A stretch of DNA of 64,000 nucleotides from Methanomethylovorans hollandica DSM 15978 (GCF_000328665.1 NC_019977.1:2100011-2164010), one strand, 5' to 3'; numbered from the stretch's first letter, positions 20,539 through 31,559 are shown. The notes: generated from the letters alone by a model not told the origin. Program-made: numbers and translations.

Positions 20539-20572
20539 AAACTTAAATAAATCCTATTTGCTACAAGAATTC

Positions 20573-21004
20573 ATGGAAGTGTTTACCGGACTGGAAGTAT
20601 CCCCGCGAAAAGTTGATTACCTGAAGTTCCTTCTCAAAAAAGAAGAAACTGTGCGTACGACTGACATATCATCCGAACTCAAAGTGGACCCATCCACTAC
20701 AACAAAGACCCTTGCAGATCTTGCCTCTCAGGGATATGTGGACCATGTACCCTACAGAGGAGTACGGCTGACAGAAAGGGGTAAAGAATATGCCCAGTTC
20801 CTTATCCACCGACATAACATTTTAAGCTTGCTTTTGACACATTATGGCCTCTCTGCCGAAGAATCCTGCCATGAGGTGTCCAGGTTCGAAGCGTATGTTT
20901 CAAGAGATGCTGTAGAGAAGATATGTGCTTCAATGGGTCATCCTGCTGTAAGCGCCTGTGGGAAAATCCCTCATGGATCATGCAGAATAGGGGATATTGC
21001 CTGA
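20573..21004 (+). CDS. DtxR/MntR-family metal-dependent transcriptional regulator
   Basis: DYLK, HTH, PYRGVRLT..G, HRHNIL, GHP..SACGKIP. Confidence 0.9.
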   Translation: MEVFTGLEVSPRKVDYLKFLLKKEETVRTTDISSELKVDPSTTTKTLADLASQGYVDHVPYRGVRLTERGKEYAQFLIHRHNILSLLLTHYGLSAEESCHEVSRFEAYVSRDAVEKICASMGHPAVSACGKIPHGSCRIGDIA

Positions 21005-21029
21005 TTAGAACGGTACTTTAATTATAGAT

Positions 21030-21048
21030 GTTTGGTATGAGACCAAAC
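21030..21048. promoter_or_regulatory. candidate operator for the Zn/Mn ABC operon
   Basis: Palindrome GTTTGGT-ATGAG-ACCAAAC directly downstream of TATA-like tttaattata. Confidence 0.6.
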
Positions 21049-21095
21049 TTTTTGGATATATGGAATAAAAATGAGAGTTCAATGAAAGGTGGAAT

Positions 21096-22034
21096 ATGAA
21101 CAAACTAATAAAACCATTAGTTATCTGTGCGATCTGTGCTATATTGCTTTTTAGCGGTTGTACTGAGAAAGCACAGAATAAGAATACAGAAACTTCGGCT
21201 GATGAACTGGTAGTTGCCGTAAGCGTTCTTCCACAGGCAGAATTTGTGGAACAGATAGGAGGAGATAAAGTTCGCACCGTGGTAATGATCCCTTCCGGAG
21301 CAAGCGTGCATACATACGAACCCACTCCAAATCAACTGAAGGATCTCAGCAAAGCACAGATCTATGTAAAGGTAGGATCGAACCTGGATTTTGAACTTGT
21401 CTGGATGGATGACCTCCTGTCTGTTAACCCTGATATGTATGTAGTGAACTCATCTGAAGGTATCCAGTTCAGGAGCATAGAAGAACATGCTGAAGAAGAA
21501 GCCAACACTTCAGAAGAGCAAATGGAAGAAGAGGAACGTGAACATACAGGTCTTGATCCGCATGTCTGGACTTCACCTCAGAAAGCAAAGATAATTGTCA
21601 AGAACATATATGACGGACTTGTGGCCGTTGACCCTGAGAATGAAGAAACATACAAACAGAACTATGATGTTTACATCACCAAACTGGATGAAGCAGATGC
21701 CAAACTGAAAGCTGCACTTGCCGGAAAAGAAGGAAGCAGTTTCATTGTGTATCATCCTGCGTGGGGATATCTTGCAGATGATTACGGGTTACATGAGATC
21801 TCCATAGAAATAGAAGGCAAGGAGCCAAGCGCACAGGATATGCAAAAGCTGATCGACACTGCTAAAGAAAAAGGAATAAAGGTCATCTTCGTACAAAAAG
21901 GTTTCAGCACATCAAGCGCCCAGACCATTGCCAAGCAGATAGGCGGAGAAGTGGTGGAGATAGACCCACTTGCAAAGGATTATATAGATAACTTGGGTAG
22001 GGTTTCTAATGCATTTGCAAAAGGACTGGCATAA
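21096..22034 (+). CDS. znuA: ZnuA/TroA-family metal ABC substrate-binding lipoprotein
   Basis: Lipobox FSGC; HTYEPTP, DPHVWTSP, YHPAWGY. Confidence 0.9.
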   Translation: MNKLIKPLVICAICAILLFSGCTEKAQNKNTETSADELVVAVSVLPQAEFVEQIGGDKVRTVVMIPSGASVHTYEPTPNQLKDLSKAQIYVKVGSNLDFELVWMDDLLSVNPDMYVVNSSEGIQFRSIEEHAEEEANTSEEQMEEEEREHTGLDPHVWTSPQKAKIIVKNIYDGLVAVDPENEETYKQNYDVYITKLDEADAKLKAALAGKEGSSFIVYHPAWGYLADDYGLHEISIEIEGKEPSAQDMQKLIDTAKEKGIKVIFVQKGFSTSSAQTIAKQIGGEVVEIDPLAKDYIDNLGRVSNAFAKGLA

Positions 22035-22784
22035 ATGACAGAGGTCGTAGAGCTTCAGGACATATGGGTGAGTTATGGTGACGTCACAGTACTGGAGGCA
22101 GTTGACCTTACAGTACAGGATAAGGATTTCCTGGGAATCATTGGCCCAAACGGAGGAGGGAAAAGTACACTTCTTAAAGTAATCCTGGGCCTCATAACCC
22201 CTGACAAAGGGATTGTGAAGCTTCTGGGCGACAATCCCGTAAAGACGCGCAAACATGTGGGGTATGTACCCCAATATGCCTCCTTCAATCTAAATTTCCC
22301 TATCAGTGTCTTGGAAGTAGTCCTTATGGGACGCATGAACACGGTCGGACCTTTAAGGAGATACGGTAAAAAGGACCATGATGCTGCACAGGAAGCTCTG
22401 AAGAAGGTCAAGATGTTGGAATACAAGGACCGGCAGATCAGTGAGCTTTCCGGCGGACAGCGTCAGAGGGTGTTTATAGCCAGGTCACTTGTAACCGACC
22501 CAAAACTCCTGATACTTGATGAACCAGCAACAGGAGTAGACTTTGTCATGCAGAAAGAGTTCTACGAACTGTTACAGGAACTTAAACAACACATAGCTAT
22601 TATCATGGTCTCTCATGATATCAGCGCTATTTCTGTCTACGTGGACAAGGTAGCATGTCTTAATAGAAATTTACACTATCACAATTCCAAGGAACTAAGT
22701 CCGGAGGATCTTGAAGCCTCCTATGTATGCCCGGTGGAAATGATTGCACACGGGATGCCACACAGAGTGCTTAAACTACATTGA
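22035..22784 (+). CDS. znuC: metal ABC ATP-binding protein
   Basis: GPNGGGKST, LSGGQRQR, LDEP. Confidence 0.9.
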   Translation: MTEVVELQDIWVSYGDVTVLEAVDLTVQDKDFLGIIGPNGGGKSTLLKVILGLITPDKGIVKLLGDNPVKTRKHVGYVPQYASFNLNFPISVLEVVLMGRMNTVGPLRRYGKKDHDAAQEALKKVKMLEYKDRQISELSGGQRQRVFIARSLVTDPKLLILDEPATGVDFVMQKEFYELLQELKQHIAIIMVSHDISAISVYVDKVACLNRNLHYHNSKELSPEDLEASYVCPVEMIAHGMPHRVLKLH

Positions 22785-22796
22785 GGTAGTAAAAAC

Positions 22797-23612
22797 ATGA
22801 TAGAGATCCTTCAGTATGATTTTATGAGAAATGCCCTGTTCACTGCGATCCTTGTAAGCATAGCCTGTGGAATAATAGGCGTCTATGTTGTTGTCAAGAA
22901 GATCGTGTCCATTAGCGGAGGAATCTCCCATGCTTCTTTTGGTGGCGTTGGCCTTGGATATTTCCTTGGCATTAATCCCCTTTATGGCCTCATACCCTTC
23001 AGCCTCTTTTCCGCCCTGGCAATGGGGCTTGTGAGCAAACGTGCAAAGATGTCCGAAGATACTGCTACTGGTATACTCTGGTCGCTGGGCATGGCCATAG
23101 GGATCGTTTTTATCAACCTGACACCAGGCTATGCACCTGACCTGATGACCTATCTTTTCGGTAATATTCTCACGGTTTCAACATCTGACCTATATGTAAT
23201 GCTTGCTCTGGACGCCCTCATAGTGGTGATCGTATATGTGTTCTATAAAGAGTTCATGGCAATGTGCTTCGATGAGGAATTTGCATCTGTTATAGGAGTT
23301 CCCGTAGAACGCATGTATCTACTCCTTTTATGCCTCATAGCCCTCACTATTGTGTTACTCATAAAAGTAGTTGGCATAATCCTTATCATCGCCCTGCTTA
23401 CAATGCCTGCTTCACTGAGTGCACATTATACGCATAACCTGCGTAACATGATGTACCTATCCATGTTCTTTGGAGCATTTTTCAGCATTACAGGCCTTTC
23501 CCTGTCCTACCTTCTGGATATCCCATCGGGTGCGACCATCATCCTGGTGATGGCAGGAGTATACATCATCCATTTCATATACGACGGACTTACAAAGAAA
23601 GTACACGCCTAA
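22797..23612 (+). CDS. znuB: metal ABC permease
   Basis: ISHASFGG, YLFGNIL, FDEEFA. Confidence 0.9.
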   Translation: MIEILQYDFMRNALFTAILVSIACGIIGVYVVVKKIVSISGGISHASFGGVGLGYFLGINPLYGLIPFSLFSALAMGLVSKRAKMSEDTATGILWSLGMAIGIVFINLTPGYAPDLMTYLFGNILTVSTSDLYVMLALDALIVVIVYVFYKEFMAMCFDEEFASVIGVPVERMYLLLLCLIALTIVLLIKVVGIILIIALLTMPASLSAHYTHNLRNMMYLSMFFGAFFSITGLSLSYLLDIPSGATIILVMAGVYIIHFIYDGLTKKVHA

Positions 23613-23633
23613 CAAGGAATGAAAATAAGGTGA

Positions 23634-23957
23634 TCATTGTAGATAGCTGCTTAAATGCAATCCTACAACTCCTACTATAACCAGTACTATAGATATTATT
23701 TTTACAAGGGACATTGGTTCATGAAAACCCACGTATCCGATAATCGAGATCATTGCCACGCCAAGACCAGCCCATATAGCATAGGCAACACTTACATCTA
23801 TCTTTTTCAGGGCGATGGTAAAAGACACAAAACTGATACCATAGAACACAAATATCAATATTGATGGCAACATTCGTGTGAACCCTTCGGACAGTTTCAT
23901 ACATGTGGTCCCGCATATCTCGAACAGTATGGCAGCAGCAAGGTATAGATAACTCAT
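23634..23957 (-). CDS. SMR-family small multidrug transporter
   Basis: Membrane Glu (FEICGT), MKLSEGF, AYAIWAGLG. Confidence 0.9.
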   Translation of the reverse strand: MSYLYLAAAILFEICGTTCMKLSEGFTRMLPSILIFVFYGISFVSFTIALKKIDVSVAYAIWAGLGVAMISIIGYVGFHEPMSLVKIISIVLVIVGVVGLHLSSYLQ

Positions 23958-24248
23958 AATCCTCCTTTATGTTTTTTAGATCTTGTGAGAAAATTGAATT
24001 TAGTTAGCAGCAGTGTTTGACACCTAATTATAAACAATTTCCTCTGAGTCGAACATGTCTACAAGAGAGAAAACATAACATTATAGAAATGTAGCTTCCG
24101 GAAGGTAAAATCAGCTTTCTGTTGTTTCTCCAAAATAAAGATGACTTTAATTAAAAGGAGGCGAATGTTATTTACAATTATCAATACCTTGCCATAACGA
24201 TAAGTGTATATACCAACACCCTCTTTTTTTAAATAGGGTGCGTGTTTC

Positions 24249-26030
24249 GTGTATAAGTTCTCCACAGGCAGAAGTGGCTGTTCAAGAACTATGGCTTTTG
24301 TTTCTGCAATAGCCCTTATTTTGTTATTACTTTTGCCAATTGCATCTGCCCGGGATTATTCTCTTGAAAGTGCAATTTTAAATGTCACAGTATCTCCTGA
24401 GGGCATAGTTCATGTTCAGGAGTTCCTCACATATCACTTTGATGGCACATTTTATGAGGTATACAGGCAAGTATACCCTCCACCTGGAGGTTCCATGGAG
24501 AATATACAGGGCTACTGCGAGGGAAGTTCGTGTGATTTTTACGTGAATGATATTTACGGAGGTTATGAACTCGTAGGCAGGCTCCCGTCTCCGACACCGG
24601 AAAATATCACCTTTGTCACTTCTTATGACTACTATGGCGGCCTCAAAGTATACAACGATGTCTCAGAGCTGCACTACAAATTCTGGGGAGATGAATGGGA
24701 AAAGCCTGTCCATAACCTTGCAGCAACCGTTACCATCGTTCCCTCCAAGGGCTCTGAGATAACCTACTGGCTACATCCGAACGACTATACCAAAACCGCG
24801 ACCATAAATGATAATACGATCACAGTGCAGGCAACTGATATCCCTGCCAATAGCTGGTACGAGATACGGGCCATCTTTCCAAGGCTCACTTCACCGGACT
24901 CAAGATATGTGACCATGTATGATCAGAACGCTAAGTTCCAAATATTCCGTATAGAATCTCAGTACGCACTGAAGCAGAAGGCTCTGTATGTGGTTTTCAT
25001 AGTATATGTGCTTCTGGCATTATCTCTTCTTATAGCTCCGTTCTATCTGTACTTCAAATATGGGAGGGAACCTGACATAGCATACGAGGGTATCTACGAG
25101 CGTGAACTGCCATATGATTCCAGCCCGGCTGTGGTCAATGCCATGATGAAAGGTGCAATCGGCCTACCTACAATAGAAGGTTTTGCTGCTACAGTAATGG
25201 ATCTTATACACCGGGATTATCTGAGTATAGATGACAGCAACCCACAGGACATTGTGCTGCATATTAATGTCCCGGAAAGGAAAAAAGGAAATTCCTCTGG
25301 ACTTCTGGATTTCGAGCAGGATGTGCTGGACCTTATCATAAGTCATTCGGATGCACGCCAGTTGCATTGGAAAGAGTTTCATTCCAGGCTCAAAAAAGGC
25401 ACATCCTTCTATAATTTCATAAATTCGTGGAATAAAAAGGTGAAGGCTCATATAGATCTTGAAAAGCTCTTCATCGAAAAAGGTGCCACGAAAATGGACT
25501 ATTTTGCGGGCATACTTTTCCTTGTATCCCTCCTTAGCCTTTTCGCTATTCCCTGGCTGGGAGACTCGTCTGCTTATCCGATAATTAAAAAATTGGGTTT
25601 CATGCCTATAATCATTGCATTCAGTTCACCTGTTGTGTTTGTCCTCAATGCCAGATACAGGACCGTTCTGGGCAGATGGACCCCGGAAGGTAAGCTTTTT
25701 GTAGATCGCTGGAAGAACTTCAAGAAATATCTCACAGACTTCTCTGCTCTGAAGGACCATGCTCCGGGGTCGGTGAAGATCTGGGACCATTATATGGTAT
25801 ATGCTATGGCGCTGGGTGTGGCGGAAGAAGCACTCAAAAACATGTCTTTAATAATTCCAAAAGAGGAGTTCAGGACAAGCCACTTCCGTAACAGGGTCTA
25901 TGTTACAGGCTATACTTCAGATTTCAGCCATGCTTACCAGGTATCCGCCCCAAAGTCATCTTCAGGAGGAAGCAGCGGAGTAGGCGGTTCCGGAGGTGGT
26001 TTTGGTGGTGGCGGAGGCGGTGCGAGGTAA
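24249..26030 (+). CDS. DUF2207 membrane protein
   Basis: WDHYMVYAMALGV and Gly-rich C-terminus GGGFGGGGGGAR; true start may be ATG 24291. Confidence 0.9.
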   Translation: MYKFSTGRSGCSRTMAFVSAIALILLLLLPIASARDYSLESAILNVTVSPEGIVHVQEFLTYHFDGTFYEVYRQVYPPPGGSMENIQGYCEGSSCDFYVNDIYGGYELVGRLPSPTPENITFVTSYDYYGGLKVYNDVSELHYKFWGDEWEKPVHNLAATVTIVPSKGSEITYWLHPNDYTKTATINDNTITVQATDIPANSWYEIRAIFPRLTSPDSRYVTMYDQNAKFQIFRIESQYALKQKALYVVFIVYVLLALSLLIAPFYLYFKYGREPDIAYEGIYERELPYDSSPAVVNAMMKGAIGLPTIEGFAATVMDLIHRDYLSIDDSNPQDIVLHINVPERKKGNSSGLLDFEQDVLDLIISHSDARQLHWKEFHSRLKKGTSFYNFINSWNKKVKAHIDLEKLFIEKGATKMDYFAGILFLVSLLSLFAIPWLGDSSAYPIIKKLGFMPIIIAFSSPVVFVLNARYRTVLGRWTPEGKLFVDRWKNFKKYLTDFSALKDHAPGSVKIWDHYMVYAMALGVAEEALKNMSLIIPKEEFRTSHFRNRVYVTGYTSDFSHAYQVSAPKSSSGGSSGVGGSGGGFGGGGGGAR

Positions 26031-26051
26031 GTCAAGAAAAGAGGGAAAAAG

Positions 26052-26624
26052 ATGATACAAGATGTATTATGGATAATAGGTGTAGTTCTTGTTATAGTGT
26101 TGCTTGTTGCAGTGTTTGTCTTTTCCATTTATAACAAACTAATAGTACTGCGCAACAGGGTGGAGAATGCATGGGCTCAGGTAGACGTCCAGCTTAAGCG
26201 CAGATTCGACCTGATACCCAATATAGTGGAAACAGTAAAAGGCTACGCAAAGCATGAGAAATCTGTGTTTGACGAGGTCACAAAAGCCAGATCTGCATGG
26301 ATGTCGGCATCTACTGTAGGCGAGGCTGCACAAGCATCTAATATGCTTACCAATGCATTGAAGTCCTTATTTGCTGTTGCAGAGGCATATCCTGAACTTA
26401 AGGCCAATGAAAATTTCAAGCAATTGCAGCAGGAACTCTCACAGACCGAAGATAAGATCGCCTATAGCAGGCAGTTCTACAACGATACTGTTATGAAATA
26501 CAATATTTCCATCCAGCAGATACCGAACAATATAGTTGCAGGTATGTTCCATTTTGAAAAGAAGGAATTGTTAGAGACCACAGAAGAGGAAAAGATCACT
26601 CCAAAGGTGAATTTTGAGTCATAA
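26052..26624 (+). CDS. lemA: LemA family protein
   Basis: [38 protein letters not shown]. Confidence 0.95.
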   Translation: MIQDVLWIIGVVLVIVLLVAVFVFSIYNKLIVLRNRVENAWAQVDVQLKRRFDLIPNIVETVKGYAKHEKSVFDEVTKARSAWMSASTVGEAAQASNMLTNALKSLFAVAEAYPELKANENFKQLQQELSQTEDKIAYSRQFYNDTVMKYNISIQQIPNNIVAGMFHFEKKELLETTEEEKITPKVNFES

Positions 26625-26906
26625 TTCTTAAGCCGGTTGAACAGGCTATAGTTTTTTTCCTCCTTTTTTTCAGATCATGATCTTCAATAATCATTGCTGT
26701 TCAGGTCATAACTATGCTCTCACACTCCGTATTTATGCCATATGATCCTATAATAGGCTTCATTTTCTATACACGGAAGAATATTTTAAAGATCACTTTG
26801 AATTCAGAACATTTATTTTTTACCGGACAATTATAAAATCATGAGCTTCCAATAAATAGAAGTAGTTTAACATTATTCTGGAAATATATTTAGGACATGA
26901 TGAGCA

Positions 26907-27986
26907 ATGAGATTAAACCTTATCCAATTTCTGGCAAATTGTTCCCTTATGATGTCTGGTATCTTTATACCTGTTTTTGCGAGATCCCTTGGAGCTTCAT
27001 ACTTTGAAGTTGGCCTCATCAGTGCCTTTTTTGCAGCAGCTTCCTTTTTTTCTTCATTCATGTTTGGGAAAGCCGCGGATATAAATCGTCTGCGACCTAT
27101 AATTCTCGCAGGCCTTGCAGTGTCTGCAGTGTCTTTCTTCATGCAAATATTCGCTCATAATGCCGCTTCACTTGCCGTGGTACGTGCAATGGTGGGTTTC
27201 AGCGTAGGAGTATATCCGGCTGCCCTTATTGTTAGCGTGTATTATGAAAAAGAAAGTATCGGCAAATTCAGCTCTTTTGGTTCCCTTGGCTGGATGGTGG
27301 GGTACCTAGTTGCCGGTTTCATAGGAAATATAGAGCATCTTTTCATTTTATCATCGCTTTTTTTCACCATCGCTTTTTTTGCAGCTTTTGGGCTTGCTGA
27401 TGTACAGAAACCTTCTATTTCCGTGAGTTATTTTTCATTGGCTGCTTTCAGAAAGAACCTTGATGTCTATCTGTCAATGTTCCTGAGGCATATGGGTGCA
27501 ATTGCTGTGTGGATCATTTTACCTCTGTACATGGCTTTCCTTGGTGCTTCTAATTTCTGGATAGGAGTTATATACGCCATCAACCCTTCCATACAATTCA
27601 TAATTATGCGCAGGCTTGATAAGTTCAGCAACGAATGGCTCATCAAATGGGGAATTATCATTTCCGGGATATCTTTTGTAAGCTATTCTCTGGCACAAGA
27701 TTTTTATTCCATTGTTCCTGGGATGGTATTGATAGCCTTTGGGTGGTCATTCTTATACGTAGGTGCAAATCAGCTGGTTGTAGAGCGAAGCATTGAAAAA
27801 GCAAGTTCTGTAGGTATTTTGAATTCCTCCATATCTGCAGCGGACATTGCAGGATCGATAATAGGAGGAATTATCATGCAATACTTTGGTTTCAGGCAAA
27901 CAATGCTGTTCGCTGCGATATGTTCAATACTGTCTATAATGGTTTTTAGCTGGATGAACAGATCTTCGCAAAAGGGTTCAATTTAA
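26907..27986 (+). CDS. MFS transporter
   Basis: ~12 TM helices in two halves; FGKAAD motif A-like. Confidence 0.85.
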   Translation: MRLNLIQFLANCSLMMSGIFIPVFARSLGASYFEVGLISAFFAAASFFSSFMFGKAADINRLRPIILAGLAVSAVSFFMQIFAHNAASLAVVRAMVGFSVGVYPAALIVSVYYEKESIGKFSSFGSLGWMVGYLVAGFIGNIEHLFILSSLFFTIAFFAAFGLADVQKPSISVSYFSLAAFRKNLDVYLSMFLRHMGAIAVWIILPLYMAFLGASNFWIGVIYAINPSIQFIIMRRLDKFSNEWLIKWGIIISGISFVSYSLAQDFYSIVPGMVLIAFGWSFLYVGANQLVVERSIEKASSVGILNSSISAADIAGSIIGGIIMQYFGFRQTMLFAAICSILSIMVFSWMNRSSQKGSI

Positions 27987-28044
27987 ATCGATATAATTTA
28001 GTTGTCATTTGATATCAAAGCATGTGTGGTCAATGAACATGGTC

Positions 28045-28368
28045 ATGAATTCAGATGATTGCAATGGAAAGCTCGTAAGAGATAAGATCCCTTACATTAT
28101 CAGGCAGAGTAGCAGAAAACCTGTGTATCACCGGGCTTCCGAGGAAGAATATATTACAAAGCTGCTGGATAAACTTGTAGAGGAGACAAATGAGTTCAAG
28201 TCTTCTCCTTCTGAAGAAGAACTTGCAGATATATTAGAAGTGATCTTGGCTCTTTCAGACATTTTTGGATTTGGCCTTGATAATGTTGATGATATTCGCT
28301 CTTCAAAGCTCAAAGATAGAGGCGGTTTTAGGGAAAGATATATTCTGGAAACAGTAACTCATGAATGA
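28045..28368 (+). CDS. all-alpha NTP pyrophosphohydrolase (MazG/HisE-like)
   Basis: KLVRDKIP, KLVEE, EELADILEV, RGGF; start uncertain. Confidence 0.85.
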   Translation: MNSDDCNGKLVRDKIPYIIRQSSRKPVYHRASEEEYITKLLDKLVEETNEFKSSPSEEELADILEVILALSDIFGFGLDNVDDIRSSKLKDRGGFRERYILETVTHE

Positions 28369-28422
28369 ATCAATACATAGCTCGTATTTTCCCCCATGAA
28401 CACTTTTATAATCAAGTAAAGC

Positions 28423-28902
28423 ATGTTTTCATTAGAATTTTCAGATATCATCTCAGATAATTGCCAGAGGGAATATTTCATGATGAAATATGTCAGCGGT
28501 TTTCAAAAATTGGTCATCAAGGCAATTATTTTGATGATGATTGTGGTCATTCTCAGCTCCACTCTGGAAATAGGATGGATAATCCTTAGTGACTTGGTCA
28601 ACCCCCCGGTAATGTTCCTTAACGTAAAAGAAGTACTGGATATATTCGGCCTTTTCTTCCTAGTCCTTATCGGTATTGAATTATTGGAAACTATAAAGAT
28701 GATCATCAATGAATCTACATTGAACGTTGATGTGATCATACTTGTAGGTATTACTGCAATTGTAAGAAAAGTAATGATTATCGATCTGAAAACCACTCCT
28801 CCAATGTTCCTGGTAGGGATGGGTATACTGGTGATCGCTCTGGCAGGAGCATATTATCTAATTAACAAATCAGGCAAAGAGTTCAGATGTGAACTTAAAT
28901 GA
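28423..28902 (+). CDS. PsiE-family membrane protein
   Basis: LVLIGIELLETI, AIVRKVMI. Confidence 0.85.
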   Translation: MFSLEFSDIISDNCQREYFMMKYVSGFQKLVIKAIILMMIVVILSSTLEIGWIILSDLVNPPVMFLNVKEVLDIFGLFFLVLIGIELLETIKMIINESTLNVDVIILVGITAIVRKVMIIDLKTTPPMFLVGMGILVIALAGAYYLINKSGKEFRCELK

Positions 28903-29001
28903 ATATACTGAAACCGGATGTTCACAATCATATATTTACAGATTTTTTACCCTTAAATGAGTTGTTGCCCATAAAAAAGAAGAACATTTCCTGATGCTCT
29001 G

Positions 29002-29372
29002 TCAGCTAACCAGTTCACCATATGCCCTTTTCAGTTCATTTTTTGGATTACTACCGTATTTGAACTTTAATTTCTGTGAAAGTGCCTGGATAGTGACTGT
29101 CCATTCTGATCTGCTGCCATTTTCACATACCTTTGAGTGTAGTTCATTCCACCAGCTATCTGGCTGCCCCATTTCCCTAAAAAGCCTTTCCTTTCATCTT
29201 CAGCTTGTTGTCTTGCATCCTCTACCACTTTCTTCACTATTTCGGATGTCAATTTGGCAAAAACACTATGATCCTTTGTGACGATGAGAGTAAAACTATT
29301 ATATGCAAGGCCCATTATTTTCGGTTTATGGAGGGGGCCTATTATTGAAACTACATTTCCATTGTCAGACAT
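29002..29372 (-). pseudogene. hypothetical gene apparently broken by a frameshift or internal deletion
   Basis: ORF 29372-29067 ends in an unconvincing tail; a second frame from ~29106 reads EWTVTIQALSQKLKFKYGSNPKNELKRAYGELVS* (stop 29002-29004). Confidence 0.55.
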
Positions 29373-29489
29373 ATTCCCACCTCAATATTATATTTAGACT
29401 TATTTAGAAATTAAAGTATTTTAACCTATGGACCAGATGAAAAATACGATTGAAATATCGTTGTGACGGTTTTTTCATGGGAATGGCAA

Positions 29490-30377
29490 TTAATTGTCTT
29501 TCCTTACAGGATCCCTTGCACTCACCATAAACGCAGAGATCAGCACCAGAACACAGCCTATGAATACGTTAATTCCAAGTTGAACGCCCAGTAATGTAAC
29601 ATCAAACAGGACACCACTCACAGGTTCTATCAATGAAAGCAGGGAGCCTGTTTGTGCTTCAACCTGAGAGAACCCTATTATAGTAAGGAAGGCCCCTATC
29701 CCTATGGATACGGCTCCAAATGATGCGAGCACATTGAGATTTTCTACGAATATGTTCCAGGGAGTACTGAATGCAAAAGGTGTCATAAGTAAGCAACTAA
29801 TTCCCATTGACCAGAACGCTATCCCCATTTCCGGATATTCGTCTTTCATGAGCCGTATGTTCATGATCAGAGTAGCCGCAAGGATACCTGAAAATATGCC
29901 TGAGAGGATTCCTGACAGATAAACAGGATCTGTCTGAAGTCCTGAAAATCCACCTTCTGGTCTTATCACAAGTATTATACCTGTAATAGCTATGACCATT
30001 GAATAGATACTTCCTCTGGCTATCTTTTCTTTCAGTACGAAAGGCGAGGCTATCATGACATAGATGGGGGATGTATATTCAAGCAATATGGCGATCGAAA
30101 AACATGTGGTTTTGACACAATAGAAATAGAATAACATGTTCACTACAGTGATAATTCCCTGCAGTGCCAGTAATTTCTTTTTTTTCCGAAGCATGATCTG
30201 GGATAGATTTCCGGTAATAAGAATAACCAGAAGTATCAACAGAACACCGAAGAACAATCTATAGAAGATCATAGATGGAATGGCCATTGCATGTATATGA
30301 GCCAGGAATATGCCTGTTGTCCCATAGAAAACACACCCAAGAAGTATGGCCAGATGTCCTTTCTTGCCTTCTAACAT
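29490..30377 (-). CDS. DMT/EamA-family transporter
   Basis: 10 TM, YTSPIYV...LKEK, LSLIEPV. Confidence 0.9.
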   Translation of the reverse strand: MLEGKKGHLAILLGCVFYGTTGIFLAHIHAMAIPSMIFYRLFFGVLLILLVILITGNLSQIMLRKKKKLLALQGIITVVNMLFYFYCVKTTCFSIAILLEYTSPIYVMIASPFVLKEKIARGSIYSMVIAITGIILVIRPEGGFSGLQTDPVYLSGILSGIFSGILAATLIMNIRLMKDEYPEMGIAFWSMGISCLLMTPFAFSTPWNIFVENLNVLASFGAVSIGIGAFLTIIGFSQVEAQTGSLLSLIEPVSGVLFDVTLLGVQLGINVFIGCVLVLISAFMVSARDPVRKDN

Positions 30378-30598
30378 AGGATACAGAAGTCTAAGGTTTC
30401 TTAAAAATATTGCGTGACATCAGATATCTCAGAAAAAGCTTGCCCCACATATACTAGAGTCCGTTTATGGCTGATGCTATATGGACAAAGATAATTATCA
30501 CTAATTACAAAAGGCTGCAATTTACCAACGAGAAAAATAGTATTGAGAACTACTAAAAGAAGGTAAGTATATAACCCAGATTAAAATAATTTTTTTAA

Positions 30599-30805
30599 TT
30601 AACTTACTAAGCATTCATGCTTATTATTGGTGTAACATGTAAAGCTTTTATTGCAGTTAGTACATCTGGATGCAGACTTATATTTTGCTCCGAAAGCAGC
30701 AGGATCCCCCTGTTTCAATGAGACGCATATTATCTGCTGTCCTAATGGTACCGTAGCAAAAATTTGAGTTTCACAACTTGGACATATTATGTTCTCTCTT
30801 GTCAT
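30599..30805 (-). CDS. small zinc-ribbon protein
   Basis: CPSC ... CTNC in 68 aa. Confidence 0.7.
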   Translation of the reverse strand: MTRENIICPSCETQIFATVPLGQQIICVSLKQGDPAAFGAKYKSASRCTNCNKSFTCYTNNKHECLVS

Positions 30806-30950
30806 TTATGTACTCCATTAACTTCATTAAAAAATTACATCACGTAATTTTATATTTTTAAGAAAACAATGAAAAAATCATATGGCAGAAATATTTTCAT
30901 ATATCTGCCTTTGAATTAAGTTATAGAATTAGATATCTGTTAGTACAGAT

Positions 30951-31145
30951 CTAATATCTGGCTGGTCTATGCTTCTGGTAGCATTCTCTGCAGTACACTG
31001 GCCTGTCACCGGATGGGACGAAAGGTACTTCAGTTTCCTGTTTACAGTCTGCGCAAGTTGCTTTGTGCATTTCTCTTGGGCCACTTGGTCTGAAGCCACC
31101 GCTTCCACCGCTTCTACCGCTTCCGCCTCTACTATCGAATCTCAT
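30951..31145 (-). CDS. CxxC-x17-CxxC zinc-ribbon protein with RG/GS-rich N-terminus
   Basis: REMHKATCADCKQETEVPFVPSGDRPVYCRECY. Confidence 0.9.
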   Translation of the reverse strand: MRFDSRGGSGRSGGSGGFRPSGPREMHKATCADCKQETEVPFVPSGDRPVYCRECYQKHRPARY

Positions 31146-31559
31146 ATATTTTACTTTCCTTTATTTAGGTAGTTCGCCTCAGCAAAAGCTGAGATCGAGA
31201 ATTTTCGCATGACAGGTTTGATCTGATCTTGATCAGATCTCTACTTTATGCTACGATCAACTCTTTGTTGTGAAATCAATAAACTAAAAGAAGAACACAA
31301 GAATGATATAATCCTTTTATTAAATCGACAAACACTCGAACTCTAGTTATAGAAACACACACATACTATATAAGCATGTTGCACTCAATATACTCTTGAC
31401 TTCTAAATATATATCTGGAATGAATATACATATAAAACAAAGTCAGTAATTACTTACTATTAACTCATTCCCCGGCAATCCTGTTGCCATAAATCTGATT
31501 GGTGTAAAATTCAATTTTATGAAAGAACATGCTTATATGATGGAAGATCTACTATTGTC

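Noticed and set aside
23958..24248. Guanidine riboswitch upstream of the SMR gene
   Set aside because: No ACGR hairpin pair or ykkC consensus visible
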